A stretch of DNA of 64,000 nucleotides, taken from NCBI GenBank assembly GCA_041687435.1, contig JAWLBX010000011.1, positions 52,918 to 116,917 on the forward strand, read 5' to 3'. The notes under the pieces are model-generated. The model did not search any database. It saw only the letters and a list, made by a program, of their open reading frames with translations, and was not told where the DNA came from. Every line of letters starts with the position of its first letter. Within the stretch, counting starts at the first letter, position 1. The stretch is from Alphaproteobacteria bacterium. GTDB lineage: Bacteria > Pseudomonadota > Alphaproteobacteria > Bin95. The translations under genes and the position numbers were made by a program. Below, piece by piece: positions 19,166 to 29,234 of the stretch.

Positions 19166-19297
19166 CAAAGACTTATGGATCCTTCCCTGAAAGCCATGTC
19201 TGTATAGCAGAGAGTACACGGTGGCCGCCAACCTTAACCCTGGCCGCCATCGGAACGGAGCCGGACGGCCGCAAGCCGTCCAAGGGAGACAAACCGG

Positions 19298-19843
19298 ATG
19301 ACCAGAGCCGCCATCTGCGTGTTCTGCGGCTCGCGCCACGGCACGCTGCCCGCCTATCGCGATCTGGCCGTGCGCGTCGGCCACGGCCTTGTCGACCGCA
19401 ATGCCGGCTTGGTCTATGGCGGCGGCGCGCTTGGCCTAATGGGTGTGGTCAGCGACAGCGTGCTGGAGAGGGGCGGCCATGTGACCGGCATTATGCCTGG
19501 CTTCCTGCGGTTTGCCGAACGCCAGCACGACAACCTGTCCCGCATGATCATCACCGACGACATGTTCCAGCGCAAACAGGCGATGTTTGACCTGTCCGAC
19601 GGCTTTCTGGCCCTGCCCGGCGGCATCGGCACGCTGGACGAGGTGCTGGAGGTGCTGACCTGGCACCAGCTCGGCCAGGTCGACAAGCCGCTGGTCCTGC
19701 TGGACGAAGGCGGCTTCTGGGGGCCGTTCGTCGCCGCGCTGGAGCATGCGGTAACGCAAGGGTTCGCCGGCGAGAATACCCGCTCGCTCTACCGGGTGGA
19801 ACACACGCTGGACGGCGCGTTCGCCGCCCTCGGCCTCAGCTAG
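19298..19843 (+). CDS. LOG-family cytokinin riboside 5'-monophosphate phosphoribohydrolase-like protein
   Basis: The GGGxGxMG (VYGGGALGLMG) and PGGxGTxxE (LPGGIGTLDEV) motifs are present. ATG with an AAGGGAG RBS. Confidence 0.85.
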   Translation: MTRAAICVFCGSRHGTLPAYRDLAVRVGHGLVDRNAGLVYGGGALGLMGVVSDSVLERGGHVTGIMPGFLRFAERQHDNLSRMIITDDMFQRKQAMFDLSDGFLALPGGIGTLDEVLEVLTWHQLGQVDKPLVLLDEGGFWGPFVAALEHAVTQGFAGENTRSLYRVEHTLDGAFAALGLS

Positions 19844-19959
19844 GCCTGCGGCAGAGCACAACGAAAGGCGAATGACGCTCCGTCCCCTTGCGTCTGGCCC
19901 TGCAGTTGCTAGGGTCCGGCCCAAGACCGAGCGCGCGCAGAGCAGGAGCACCCGCGATC

Positions 19960-21174
19960 ATGGCGAAGATCAAAGTCAAATCCCCGGTCGTCGAACTAGA
20001 CGGCGACGAGATGACCCGCATCATCTGGGATTTCATCAAGAAGAAGCTGATCCTGCCCTACCTGGATATCGACCTGAAATATTACGACCTGTCGATCCAG
20101 AAGCGCGACGAAACCAACGATCAGATCACGGTCGACGCCGCCAACGCGATCAAGGAATACGGCGTCGGCGTCAAGTGCGCGACCATCACGCCGGACGAAC
20201 AGCGGGTGGAAGAATTCGGGCTGAAACAGATGTGGCGCTCGCCCAACGGCACCATCCGCAACATTCTGGGCGGCACCGTGTTCCGCGAGCCGATCATCTG
20301 CCAGAACGTGCCACGCCTAGTGCCGGGCTGGACTCAGCCCATCGTCATCGGCCGCCACGCCTTCGGCGACCAATACAAGGCTACCGATTTCACCGTGCCC
20401 GGCGCCGGCAAGCTGACCATGCGGTTCGAACCGGCGGACGGCGGCCCGGTTATCGAGCGCGAGGTGTTCGAATTCCAGGAACCGGGCGTTGCCATGGCCA
20501 TGTATAATCTGGACGAATCCATTCGCGGCTTCGCGCGCGCCTGCTTCAACTACGGCCTGCAACGCAACTATCCGGTCTATCTGTCCACCAAGAACACCAT
20601 CCTCAAAGCCTATGACGGCCGCTTCAAGGATCTGTTTCAGGAGGTATTCAATGCCGATTTCAAGGCAGAATACGACAAGCGCGACCTGACCTACCAGCAC
20701 CGCCTGATCGACGACATGGTGGCCTGCTGCCTGAAATGGGAAGGCGGCTATGTCTGGGCCTGCAAGAACTATGACGGCGACGTGCAGTCGGACACGGTGG
20801 CGCAAGGCTATGGCTCGCTGGGGCTGATGACATCGGTCCTGCTGACGCCGGACGGCAACACGGTAGAGGCAGAAGCGGCGCACGGCACGGTGACGCGCCA
20901 CTACCGTCAGCACCAGCAGGGCAAGGAAACCTCCACCAACCCGATCGCCTCGATTTTTGCCTGGAGCCGGGCGTTGAAATACCGGGGCAAGATGGACAAC
21001 ACACCCGAAGTCGAGCAATTCGCCGAAGCCCTGGAAAAGGTCTGTGTCGAAAGTGTCGAGGCGGGCGCCATGACCAAAGACCTGGCCATTCTCGTCGGCC
21101 CGGAACAGGACTGGCAGACGACGCAGGGGTTCCTGGCGACGCTGGACCGGAACTTGCAGAAGGCGCTGGCATAA
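19960..21174 (+). CDS. icd: NADP-dependent isocitrate dehydrogenase (homodimeric eukaryotic-type, IDH1/2-like)
   Basis: 404 aa starting [23 protein letters not shown], with the [12 protein letters not shown] and DGDVQSD motifs of IDH1/2-type enzymes. ATG with an AGGAG RBS. Confidence 0.9.
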   Translation: MAKIKVKSPVVELDGDEMTRIIWDFIKKKLILPYLDIDLKYYDLSIQKRDETNDQITVDAANAIKEYGVGVKCATITPDEQRVEEFGLKQMWRSPNGTIRNILGGTVFREPIICQNVPRLVPGWTQPIVIGRHAFGDQYKATDFTVPGAGKLTMRFEPADGGPVIEREVFEFQEPGVAMAMYNLDESIRGFARACFNYGLQRNYPVYLSTKNTILKAYDGRFKDLFQEVFNADFKAEYDKRDLTYQHRLIDDMVACCLKWEGGYVWACKNYDGDVQSDTVAQGYGSLGLMTSVLLTPDGNTVEAEAAHGTVTRHYRQHQQGKETSTNPIASIFAWSRALKYRGKMDNTPEVEQFAEALEKVCVESVEAGAMTKDLAILVGPEQDWQTTQGFLATLDRNLQKALA

Positions 21175-21234
21175 TCCTCCCCCGCCTTTTAGCGTCTTGA
21201 CCGGACTGCCAAGGGAAATCGAGGAAACGACCGC

Positions 21235-22146
21235 ATGACCAACTGTGTACACGATCACCGCCATTGGGCCGACAAATGGGGCCGGGGCGACCAGATTGGT
21301 GCGGGCGCGCTGCTGACCCCTGCCAACACGCTGCAGGCATTGCGTGAGGTGCAGCGGGGCGAGGTCTGGGATCTGTCGTTCGAGACACAGATGGGCGCGC
21401 CGGCGATTCCGCCGAACCAGACGCCCTATATCATCAGTTCCTCCTCCACCGCCCGCAATTCGGCCAGGCGGCGGCGGGCAGCGGGTGCGACCAACGATGC
21501 CGGCTCCAACCTGGAGCGGATTGAGATGACCACCCACGTTGGCACGCACATGGATGCGCTCGGCCATTTCTCCATCGGCGAGCATCTCTATGGCGGCTAT
21601 TCGGTCGACGACACGGTGGACGACTGGGGCTTGGTCAACCTGGGTATCGAGCATTGCCCGCCGATCATCACCCGCGGCGTCCTGCTGGACGTGGCCGGTG
21701 CGGACGGGGAGGCGTTTCTCGAAAACGGCCGCACCGTCGGGCCGGACGACCTGAAGCGGGCGCTGGACAAGGCCAAGACGGCGTTGCGCCCCGGCGATGT
21801 GGTATTCGTGCGCACCGGCTGGGGCCGGTTCTTCATGACCGACAACGCCAAATACCTCTCCGGCGAGCCGGGCCTGAACACGGCGGCGGCGCACTGGCTG
21901 ACAGAGCAGGACGTGGTCGCCATCGGCGCCGACAACATGGCGGTGGAGGTGCTGCCGGCAGAAAAACACGAGATTCTGATGCCGGTGCACCAGCACTGCC
22001 TGGCCGAAGCCGGCGTCTATCTGGTGGAGAATCTCGCGCTGGACGCACTGGCCGATGCCGGGATCTACAGTTTCTGCCTCAGCATGGTGCCGGTGAAATT
22101 CAAGGGCGCAACCGGCTCTCCGGTGCGGCCGGTGGCGATCGTCTGA
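21235..22146 (+). CDS. cyclase-family protein (kynurenine formamidase-like)
   Basis: The HxGTHxDAxxH motif (THVGTHMDALGHF) typical of the putative cyclase family is present. Confidence 0.7.
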   Translation: MTNCVHDHRHWADKWGRGDQIGAGALLTPANTLQALREVQRGEVWDLSFETQMGAPAIPPNQTPYIISSSSTARNSARRRRAAGATNDAGSNLERIEMTTHVGTHMDALGHFSIGEHLYGGYSVDDTVDDWGLVNLGIEHCPPIITRGVLLDVAGADGEAFLENGRTVGPDDLKRALDKAKTALRPGDVVFVRTGWGRFFMTDNAKYLSGEPGLNTAAAHWLTEQDVVAIGADNMAVEVLPAEKHEILMPVHQHCLAEAGVYLVENLALDALADAGIYSFCLSMVPVKFKGATGSPVRPVAIV

Positions 22147-22205
22147 TACCGTTCCGGCGTAATCCCCGATGGCGCCAGCGCCAGGTGCCATCCGGGGTGA
22201 CTGGG

Positions 22206-22571
22206 TTAGTCCGCGCGCCGCAACATCGGCCCTGTCGGGCCGCCGCCGACAACGTGAACGTGGAGGTGCGGCACTTCCTGGTGGCCGTTGTCGCCATTGT
22301 TCTGGATCAGGCGATAACCGGCTTCCGTCACGCCTTCCTGCCGCGCCACAGTACCGATAGCCTGGACGAAATCCGCCTGTTCCGCCGGAGAGGCATTGGC
22401 GGCGAACTCATCCCAGGTGACATAGGCGCCCTTCGGGATCACCAAGACATGCACCGGCCGCTGCGGGTTGATATCGCGAAACGCCAGGCTGTGTTCGGTC
22501 TCCAGCACCTTCGTGCAGGGAATTTCACCGCGCAGGATTCTGGCGAAAATATTGTTCGGGTCGTAGGCCAT
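22206..22571 (-). CDS. HIT-family histidine triad protein
   Basis: Internal ATG start (MAYDPNNIFARIL). The HVHVH histidine triad (VPHLHVHVVGG) is present. Confidence 0.8.
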   Translation of the reverse strand: MAYDPNNIFARILRGEIPCTKVLETEHSLAFRDINPQRPVHVLVIPKGAYVTWDEFAANASPAEQADFVQAIGTVARQEGVTEAGYRLIQNNGDNGHQEVPHLHVHVVGGGPTGPMLRRAD

Positions 22572-22591
22572 TTCCGGTCTCGCTGTTTGCG

Positions 22592-22882
22592 TCACTTCTT
22601 CGCCCGTGCCGCCAGTTCGGCCCAGATCGCCTCTGGCTTTACCCCCTGGTCGGCCCAGAGCACGCAGAGATGATAAAGCAGGTCGGCGCTTTCCGAGACC
22701 AACCGCTCCCGGTCGCCGCGCATGCCTTCGATCACGGTTTCCACCGCTTCCTCTCCCACTTTTTGGGCGATCTTGGCGGTGCCGCGGCCGAACAGGCGAG
22801 CCGTGTAAGAACTTTCCGGGTCCGCACCGCGGCGGCTTTCGATCACCGCATAGAGGGCGTCGATGGTGTGGGCGTCGTTCAT
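22592..22882 (-). CDS. hisE: phosphoribosyl-ATP pyrophosphatase
   Basis: 96 aa. [18 protein letters not shown] and LLYHLCVLW are HisE hallmarks. It overlaps hisF by 4 nt. Confidence 0.85.
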   Translation of the reverse strand: MNDAHTIDALYAVIESRRGADPESSYTARLFGRGTAKIAQKVGEEAVETVIEGMRGDRERLVSESADLLYHLCVLWADQGVKPEAIWAELAARAKK

Positions 22883-23655
22883 GCGGCGGCCTCCAGATGG
22901 GTCGGGCGGACCGGGATACCGTGGGCGGCCAGATAGGCCTTGGTCTCGGCAATGGTATAGCTGCCGAAATGGAAGATCGAGGCGGCGAGCACGGCGCTCG
23001 CCCCGGCGCGTACTCCCTCCACCATATGCTCAAGCGTGCCGACGCCGCCGGAGGCGATCACCGGGACGCGCACCGCGTCGCTGACCGTCTTGGTCAGGCC
23101 CAGGTCAAATCCGGACTTGGTGCCGTCCTTATCCATGCTAGTCAGCAGGATTTCGCCGGCACCGCTGGCCGTCATGCGCTTCGCCCATTCGACGGCGTCG
23201 ATTCCGGTCGGATTGCGGCCGCCATGGGTGAACACCTCCCATTGGCCCTGGCCGGTCTGCTTGGCGTCGATGGCGACGACGATGCATTGCGAGCCATAGG
23301 CGTTGGCGGCCTCCGTCACGAACTCTGGACGGCTGACCGCGGCGGAGTTGATCGATACCTTGTCGGCGCCGGCCAGCAGCAGCTTGCGGATGTCCTCCAC
23401 CGTGCGCACGCCGCCGCCAACGGTTACCGGCATGAAGCAATGGTCGGCCGTGCCGCGGACCACGTCGTAAATGGTATCGCGATTCTCGTGGCTGGCCGTG
23501 ATGTCTAGGAAAGTGAGTTCGTCCGCGCCGGCCGCGTCATAAACCTGCGCCTGCTCCACCGGGTCGCCAGCGTCGATCAGATCGACGAAGTTGACGCCCT
23601 TGACCACACGGCCAGCGTGCACGTCCAGGCAGGGAATGATGCGAACCTTGAGCAA
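22879..23655 (-). CDS. hisF: imidazole glycerol phosphate synthase cyclase subunit
   Basis: (L)[11 protein letters not shown]...[13 protein letters not shown]...the SGGVG (beta/alpha)8 barrel phosphate sites are present. The first codon is TTG. Confidence 0.9.
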   Translation of the reverse strand: MLKVRIIPCLDVHAGRVVKGVNFVDLIDAGDPVEQAQVYDAAGADELTFLDITASHENRDTIYDVVRGTADHCFMPVTVGGGVRTVEDIRKLLLAGADKVSINSAAVSRPEFVTEAANAYGSQCIVVAIDAKQTGQGQWEVFTHGGRNPTGIDAVEWAKRMTASGAGEILLTSMDKDGTKSGFDLGLTKTVSDAVRVPVIASGGVGTLEHMVEGVRAGASAVLAASIFHFGSYTIAETKAYLAAHGIPVRPTHLEAAA

Positions 23656-23668
23656 GGTGTTACCTCCC

Positions 23669-24403
23669 CTAACCGCGGGCAGAGCGCAGCAGCGTCAGCG
23701 CCTCGCGCGGGTTCAGGCGGCCGTCATACAGCGCCCGGCCGCTGATCGCGCCCTCTATCCCTGCGGCTTCTTCCGCCAGCAAGGCGCGCAGATCGTCCAG
23801 CGAGGCGATGCCGCCCGATGCAATCACCGGGGTTTTGAGCGCCCAGGCCAGATCGACCGTGGCATCCACGTTGACGCCGGTCAGCGCGCCGTCACGGTCG
23901 ATATCGGTGAAGACGATGGCGGCAACCCCGGCATCTTCCATGGCAAGCGCCAGTTCGGTCGCCCGCACCTCCGTCGTGCGCAGCCAGCCGCGGCTGGCCA
24001 CCATGCCGCCGCGGGCGTCTATGGAGACGACGATCTGGCCGGGAAACTCCTTGCAGGCGCTTTTGACCAGGGCGGGGTTTTCCAGGGCGACGGTGCCAAG
24101 GATCACCCGGCGGATGCCGCGCTCGAGCCAGTGGGCGATGGTGGCCCGGTCGCGGATGCCGCCGCCGAGCTGCACCGGCACCTTCACACGGGCCAGAATA
24201 GAATCCACGGCGGCGCTATTGACCGGCTTGCCGTCGATGGCGCCGTTGAGATCGACCAGATGCAGCCATTCGAACCCTTCGGCTACGAACTGGGCGGCCT
24301 GGGCGGCTGGATCGTCGTTGAAAACAGTGGCCTGGTCCATGTCGCCATAGAGGAGGCGAACGCACTGGCCGTCTTTGAGGTCGATGGCAGGGAATAGGAT
24401 CAT
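23669..24403 (-). CDS. hisA: 1-(5-phosphoribosyl)-5-[(5-phosphoribosylamino)methylideneamino]imidazole-4-carboxamide isomerase
   Basis: [17 protein letters not shown] and VQLGGGIRD motifs are present. ATG verified. Confidence 0.9.
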   Translation of the reverse strand: MILFPAIDLKDGQCVRLLYGDMDQATVFNDDPAAQAAQFVAEGFEWLHLVDLNGAIDGKPVNSAAVDSILARVKVPVQLGGGIRDRATIAHWLERGIRRVILGTVALENPALVKSACKEFPGQIVVSIDARGGMVASRGWLRTTEVRATELALAMEDAGVAAIVFTDIDRDGALTGVNVDATVDLAWALKTPVIASGGIASLDDLRALLAEEAAGIEGAISGRALYDGRLNPREALTLLRSARG

Positions 24404-24969
24404 CAGCGTTTCGGCAAATCTGTCTGTTTCAGGTTCTTGTAGTAGAAATAGCCCTCGATCATCTCACCCTTCACCCAGGCATAGTTGGGGTGGGTGCCCC
24501 AACGGATATAACCCAGATTGTCGTAGATGCGGATCGCGGCTTCCTGGGTCGCGCGAACGTCCAGGTTCAGGATGGCGAATTTCAACGCGCGCGCGCGCGC
24601 CTCCAGCGCCAGCGTCAGCTCGCGCGCCAGACCATGGCCGCGGGCCCATGGCGCGATGAAGGCGCTTTTCAGCTGGGCGGCGTGGCGCTGCGATTCATCA
24701 TTGCGCGACGGCAGGATCAACTGGCCGGAGCCGCAGATCGTACCGCCCAGGCGCACGATGAACAGTTCGCGTTCCGGCACCGCCAGCACGCCGCGCCAAA
24801 AGGCTTCCAGCGTGTCGCGCGCCGGCGGTTCCAGCCAGCCGAAACCGCCGCCGTCGAGGATGGCCATTTCCGTGGATTCACAGAGATCCTGCATGTCCCG
24901 GGCGTCGAGGCGTTCGACCCGGTCGATGCTGGTGCGGATAGCGGGGGCTTGGGATTCGGCGGTTGTCAC
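24403..24969 (-). CDS. GNAT-family N-acetyltransferase embedded in the his operon
   Basis: 188 aa. The acetyl-CoA-binding segment of the GNAT fold is present ([24 protein letters not shown]). The first codon is GTG. It overlaps hisA by 1 nt and lies 5 nt from hisH. Confidence 0.65.
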   Translation of the reverse strand: MTTAESQAPAIRTSIDRVERLDARDMQDLCESTEMAILDGGGFGWLEPPARDTLEAFWRGVLAVPERELFIVRLGGTICGSGQLILPSRNDESQRHAAQLKSAFIAPWARGHGLARELTLALEARARALKFAILNLDVRATQEAAIRIYDNLGYIRWGTHPNYAWVKGEMIEGYFYYKNLKQTDLPKR

Positions 24970-24973
24970 AGGA

Positions 24974-25618
24974 TCATGGCTCCCACTTCAGAAACTGCTG
25001 CAATATCGTCAACCCGACCGCCTGGCTTTTTTCCGGATGGAACTGGGTTCCGATCAGGTTGTCGCGCCCGACAATGGCGGTAACGGGCCCGCCGTATTCG
25101 GTAGTAGCCAGACAATCGCCCGCATTGGTGGGCGAGAGCTGGTAGGAATGAACGAAATAGACATGGGGGTCCGCCGGCAGATTCGCCAGAACCGGATGCA
25201 CCGGCGTCCGGATTTCCAGCGAGTTCCAACCCATGTGCGGAATTTTCAGCGTCGGGTCGCTGGGGCAGAGCGGCACGACGTGGCCGGGAATCCAGCCGAA
25301 GCCGGGGTAACGGCCATGCTCCTCGCCCACATCAGCCATCAGTTGCATGCCGACGCAGATGCCGAAGAACGGCTTGCCCTGGCCACGCACCGCCTCCTCC
25401 AGCGCCTCGCGCAAGCCACTCACGGCGTTCAGTCCGGCAAGGCAACTGGCGAAGGCGCCCTGGCCGGGCAGCACGATGCGGTCGGCCGCCAGCACTGCCT
25501 CCGGCGATTGGGTGACGAGCACCTCCGCCCGGATGTTGGCGGCAACGGCGGCGTGCTCCAGCGCGCGAGTGGCGGAGCGGAGATTGCCGCTGCCGCAATC
25601 GACAATCGCGACGATCAT
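24974..25618 (-). CDS. hisH: imidazole glycerol phosphate synthase glutamine amidotransferase subunit
   Basis: Starts MIVAIVDCGSGNLRS. The catalytic GICVGMQ and the HVYFVHSY motif are present. ATG verified. Confidence 0.9.
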   Translation of the reverse strand: MIVAIVDCGSGNLRSATRALEHAAVAANIRAEVLVTQSPEAVLAADRIVLPGQGAFASCLAGLNAVSGLREALEEAVRGQGKPFFGICVGMQLMADVGEEHGRYPGFGWIPGHVVPLCPSDPTLKIPHMGWNSLEIRTPVHPVLANLPADPHVYFVHSYQLSPTNAGDCLATTEYGGPVTAIVGRDNLIGTQFHPEKSQAVGLTILQQFLKWEP

Positions 25619-25995
25619 GCCGGGGCTCCCGCGGCGGACGGTTGACGGGCGAACCAACGCAGTTCGGCAGCATCGGCTGTCTCTGCGATCAGAACATCGG
25701 CGAAGCGAAAGCCGCGCCGCTCCAGCCGCCAGCGCCGCCAGTCACGCGCGGTGAAGCCGACCAGCAGCGCGACACCGAACGCCGGCACCGCCGCGGCAGC
25801 CGGCCCAAGCCATGCCTCCGCCAGAATCGAAACCGCGGTTTGCAGCAGGGCGAGCCCGATGGCGCTGGCCCAGAGCCCCTGCCACAGAAACCATAACGGG
25901 CCAAACACCACGGCCCAAAAGGCAAAGCCCTCTGCCACCAGGATGGCGTCTTCCGCCGTCCCTGTGGGTGGCACCTGCACGGTATAGGCCCGCAT
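25615..25995 (-). CDS. DUF2628-family small membrane protein
   Basis: Internal ATG start ([10 protein letters not shown]). Two transmembrane helices. It sits in the hisB-hisH intergenic position typical of alphaproteobacteria. Confidence 0.55.
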   Translation of the reverse strand: MRAYTVQVPPTGTAEDAILVAEGFAFWAVVFGPLWFLWQGLWASAIGLALLQTAVSILAEAWLGPAAAAVPAFGVALLVGFTARDWRRWRLERRGFRFADVLIAETADAAELRWFARQPSAAGAPA

Positions 25996-26600
25996 CAGCC
26001 ACCCTCTCCGCCGCCAAGCGTGCCTTTGGTGGAAGGGATCGCGTCGGATCGGCGCAGGTCGATTTCCACCGCCTGCCGCATAGCGCGGGCAAGGCCTTTG
26101 AACAAGGACTCGGCGATGTGGTGGCTGTTGGCACCATAGAAAGTTTCGGCATGCAAAGTTGCGCCGCTGGCGCTGGCGAAACCCTGGAACCATTCGCGCA
26201 CCAGTTCGGTATCGAAACTGCCGATCTTCTGGGTCGGAAATTCGCTGCGCCAGACCAGGAACGGCCGGCCGGAGAAGTCGATCACCACCCGGCTCAATGT
26301 CTCGTCCATCGGCAGCAGACAGGCGCCGTAGCGCTGCACGCCGCGCTTGTCGCCCAGGGCCTGTTTAACGGCCATGCCAATGGCGATGCCGGTGTCTTCG
26401 GTCGAGTGGTGGTCGTCGATGTCCAGGTCGCCGTCGCAACGCAGGCGCAGGTCGCACAGGCTGTGCCGGGCGAGCTGTTCCAGCATGTGATCCAGAAAGC
26501 CGATCCCGGTATGAACGTCATAAGTGCCCGTGCCGTCCAGGTTGACGGTCACGTCGATTTTGGTCTCGTTCGTGTGGCGTTGCAGCGTGGCTGTGCGCAT
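25995..26600 (-). CDS. hisB: imidazoleglycerol-phosphate dehydratase
   Basis: Internal ATG start ([17 protein letters not shown]). [18 protein letters not shown] and the HHIAES metal-binding motifs are present. Confidence 0.9.
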   Translation of the reverse strand: MRTATLQRHTNETKIDVTVNLDGTGTYDVHTGIGFLDHMLEQLARHSLCDLRLRCDGDLDIDDHHSTEDTGIAIGMAVKQALGDKRGVQRYGACLLPMDETLSRVVIDFSGRPFLVWRSEFPTQKIGSFDTELVREWFQGFASASGATLHAETFYGANSHHIAESLFKGLARAMRQAVEIDLRRSDAIPSTKGTLGGGEGG

Positions 26601-26737
26601 GGCGGCGCTCTTTACTGTAATGGCGGCGGGCTCGACGCGCACTCCATAGCGCGCAACGCTGCGCACCGCTAGTGGTCAGGGTGGCGCTGGCCAAGCGCAG
26701 GCATACGGCACCAGTCCGGGCCTATCCGGTATTGACG

Positions 26738-26762
26738 TTTGCCGGCCCATGGCCGGCAAACC
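26738..26762. terminator. perfect hairpin gtttgccggcc-cat-ggccggcaaac downstream of the crotonase stop
   Basis: 11-bp GC-rich inverted repeat with a 3-nt loop, 8 nt from the minus-strand stop at 26770. There is no clear U-tract, so it may be a Rho-independent-like or stabilising structure. Confidence 0.35.
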
Positions 26763-26769
26763 GAAAGCC

Positions 26770-27597
26770 TCAGCCCTTTTTCTTGGCCGCCTCCGAATAG
26801 GGTGCATACCAGCTTGCCGGGCGCTTTTCGATAAAACTCATCAGGCCCTCAACGGCCTCATCGGTCAGCCGCTTGCCGGCGTGGTCGCGGGCCAGTTCGC
26901 GGGCGCGCCGGTCATCCACGACCATACCGGCGCATTCCAGGATGGAGGTCTTGGACGTGGCAATGCCGCCGGGCGCAACCTGGAGGATCGCCTCGATGAT
27001 TGGCGCTGCCGCCTCGTCCAGACCGCCGGTGGGACAGACCTCGTCCACCAGGCCCAGTTCCTGCGCCTTGTGCGCGCCAAAGCGCTCGCAGGTGATCGAA
27101 TAGCGGCGGACGTGCCGCGCGCCCATGCGGCCAAGCAGGACCGGATAGATCGGCGCTGCCATCAGGCCCCATTTTGCCTCCGTGATCGCGAAATAGGCGT
27201 CGTCCGAGGCGATCACCACATCGCAGGCCGCCGCGATGCCGGTGCCGCCGCCGAAGCAGCCGCCGTGCACCAGGGCGATGGTCGGCTTCGGTACCTCGTT
27301 CAGCCCGCGGATGGCGTTGGTGGTATCCATCGAGATCAGGAAGTTTTCTTCCGGCGACAGGTCGATATTGCCACGGATCCATTTCAGGTCAGCGCCGGCC
27401 TGGAAATGCGGGCCGTTACCCCGCACGACGATCACACGCACCTTCGGATCGTGGGCGAAGGCCGTCACCGCCTCAATCGCCTGCAGGATCATCTCTCGGT
27501 TGTAGGCGTTGTTCACCTTCGGGCGGTTGATGGTCATGGTGCCGACGCCGCGCTCGTCGACGGAAGTGAGGATCACGGGCTCGGATGGGGCGGACAT
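26770..27597 (-). CDS. enoyl-CoA hydratase/isomerase family protein
   Basis: Internal ATG start (MSAPSEPVIL). Crotonase motifs MTINRPKVNNAY, GPHFQAGADL and VHGGCFGGGTGIAAACD are present. Confidence 0.8.
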   Translation of the reverse strand: MSAPSEPVILTSVDERGVGTMTINRPKVNNAYNREMILQAIEAVTAFAHDPKVRVIVVRGNGPHFQAGADLKWIRGNIDLSPEENFLISMDTTNAIRGLNEVPKPTIALVHGGCFGGGTGIAAACDVVIASDDAYFAITEAKWGLMAAPIYPVLLGRMGARHVRRYSITCERFGAHKAQELGLVDEVCPTGGLDEAAAPIIEAILQVAPGGIATSKTSILECAGMVVDDRRARELARDHAGKRLTDEAVEGLMSFIEKRPASWYAPYSEAAKKKG

Positions 27598-27827
27598 GGC
27601 TGCTGGTCTCCGGAATATGCAACACGGGATTTGTGCCCTAACAACAGGCATGGCTCCACCGGCGTCAAGCCGGGATCGGCAGGAACCGGCGCGACCAATC
27701 CACCATCCTCCGGCCGGTGTTGGCAGGCCGTCTGGGGCAGGGGCAATCCTCACACAAAAAACCTGTTGCTATTCAGGGCGATTACTTGCATCCTATTTAT
27801 CTGTATTGGCATCGAGGAGTGCATACC

Positions 27828-28661
27828 ATGCTCCGCCGACTGGTATTTGCGTTGGCCACAACGCTGGCATTACTGACCGCTGCTTGCGATGTCGAGTTTG
27901 ACGCGGGTGATCCGCGTCCGCCTATCACCCCGGGATCGTCGGTTTATGGCCTCATCGAATGGGATCCGAGTCAGGCCAGCACCCTGAACATTCTGTTCGT
28001 GCCCGATTCCTCATACGGCGATTTGTCGGTGCAGGCAAACCTGCAGGCCTTTTTCGACGATATCGAGGAGGTGATCGAGGACGGTTACTGGCAAAACAAT
28101 GCCTATTACGTAAACCTGGGCCGCTTCAATTACTATTATACCACCGCATCCGGCAGTGCAGCAGCGCCGACATCGGGCATTTGTCCGAACGTAACTTGGC
28201 CGGCGGAGGTGGATACAGACGGCGCATTCGCGGACTTGGTGCTGCTGCTACACACCAACACGCTGCGGGATTGCCGCTGGGGCCGCAAGGCGACCAGCGA
28301 GCCGACCAGCTTCCGCACCGTCGTTCATGAATCGACCCACGCACTGTTCAACATACCGGACGAGTATTGCTGCGACGGCGGCTACTATTCCGCCCCGCCG
28401 GTGCTTTACACCAGCCAGGCGGCCTGCACGGGCGACGCTGCCAACGCTGCCTGGCGGAACTGCCAGTCCTTTACCGCAAACAGCGGCACGACCTGGTGGC
28501 GGTCCGAGGATAGCATTGCCGACATCATGTCCGCCGGCGGGTCCACCGTGCTGGAGGCCGGACCGGCCGATTGGGCCATCATGGAGTCCGTGCTGAACGC
28601 GCTCGGCGGCGCGGCGACGCCTTCGGTTTTCGCACCCGCTACCTGGGATCATACGCCATGA
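27828..28661 (+). CDS. HExxH zinc-metallopeptidase-like lipoprotein (possibly IgA-peptidase M64-like)
   Basis: ATG with a GAGGAG RBS. Lipoprotein signal with a lipobox (LALLTAAC). VVHESTHALFNIPDEY is an HExxH motif followed by a DEY motif. The gene has lower GC than the window average. Confidence 0.6.
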   Translation: MLRRLVFALATTLALLTAACDVEFDAGDPRPPITPGSSVYGLIEWDPSQASTLNILFVPDSSYGDLSVQANLQAFFDDIEEVIEDGYWQNNAYYVNLGRFNYYYTTASGSAAAPTSGICPNVTWPAEVDTDGAFADLVLLLHTNTLRDCRWGRKATSEPTSFRTVVHESTHALFNIPDEYCCDGGYYSAPPVLYTSQAACTGDAANAAWRNCQSFTANSGTTWWRSEDSIADIMSAGGSTVLEAGPADWAIMESVLNALGGAATPSVFAPATWDHTP

Positions 28662-29203
28662 CACATCGTGGAATCGTCACCGCGGCGTTGTGCGTTGCCC
28701 TTTGGGCAACAGGGGCCGCCGCTCAGAACACAGGCTCCAAATCCACCGACACCGCCCCGCCTGCCCGTACGTTCAAGGAAGCGGTCGAGAAAACCCGCCC
28801 GAACACGGGAACACGGCCGCTGCCTGCGACCGAGGTCGCCGTTCTTCACCTGATCCTGCATGCGGAGAATGGCAAGCTGCGCGAAGCCATGCTGGAGCGG
28901 GTGCTGGTGGTCAACGCCACCCCGCCCAAGGTATTCGCCCGCAGCCGCGGCTCGTGGGAGGTACAGCTGCTTGGCCGGCAGCCGGCACGCTATCGCATCC
29001 AAAACCCGCTGGACGACGTGGAGGTGGAAAACCCGCGCGATGCGCGTTCACCGTTCAGCAAGGTGACGATTGAAGGCACACTGCCGGTCGACCTCGTGGT
29101 GCCGTTGAGCCGCGACGGCAAAAGCCTGGGTGTCGAGCGCATCCGGATCGTCGACACCGAAAGCAAGCGAACGGTGATCGACACGCCGGTCCGGCGGCAA
29201 TAA
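28658..29203 (+). CDS. secreted hypothetical protein, translationally coupled to the upstream HExxH lipoprotein
   Basis: Its ATG overlaps the stop of the upstream gene (ATGA). It has a signal peptide (MTHRGIVTAALCVALWATGAAAQ) and no recognisable family. Confidence 0.5.
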   Translation: MTHRGIVTAALCVALWATGAAAQNTGSKSTDTAPPARTFKEAVEKTRPNTGTRPLPATEVAVLHLILHAENGKLREAMLERVLVVNATPPKVFARSRGSWEVQLLGRQPARYRIQNPLDDVEVENPRDARSPFSKVTIEGTLPVDLVVPLSRDGKSLGVERIRIVDTESKRTVIDTPVRRQ

Positions 29204-29234
29204 TCGGGCTGCCGGCCGGCGCCGCAGGGCAGCC

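Noticed and set aside
20317-22191. 624-aa ORF on the - strand
   Set aside because: It is antisense to icd and the cyclase-family gene, which both have clear motif support. The ORF is an R/G/A-rich frame artifact.
24969-24969. Possibility that the GNAT ORF inside the his operon is a frame artifact
   Set aside because: It fills a gap otherwise unexplained between hisH and hisA. Its stop overlaps the hisA start (ATGA), its start is 5 nt from the hisH stop, and its core shows a GNAT acetyl-CoA-binding segment. A real gene with a GTG start is the simpler explanation.
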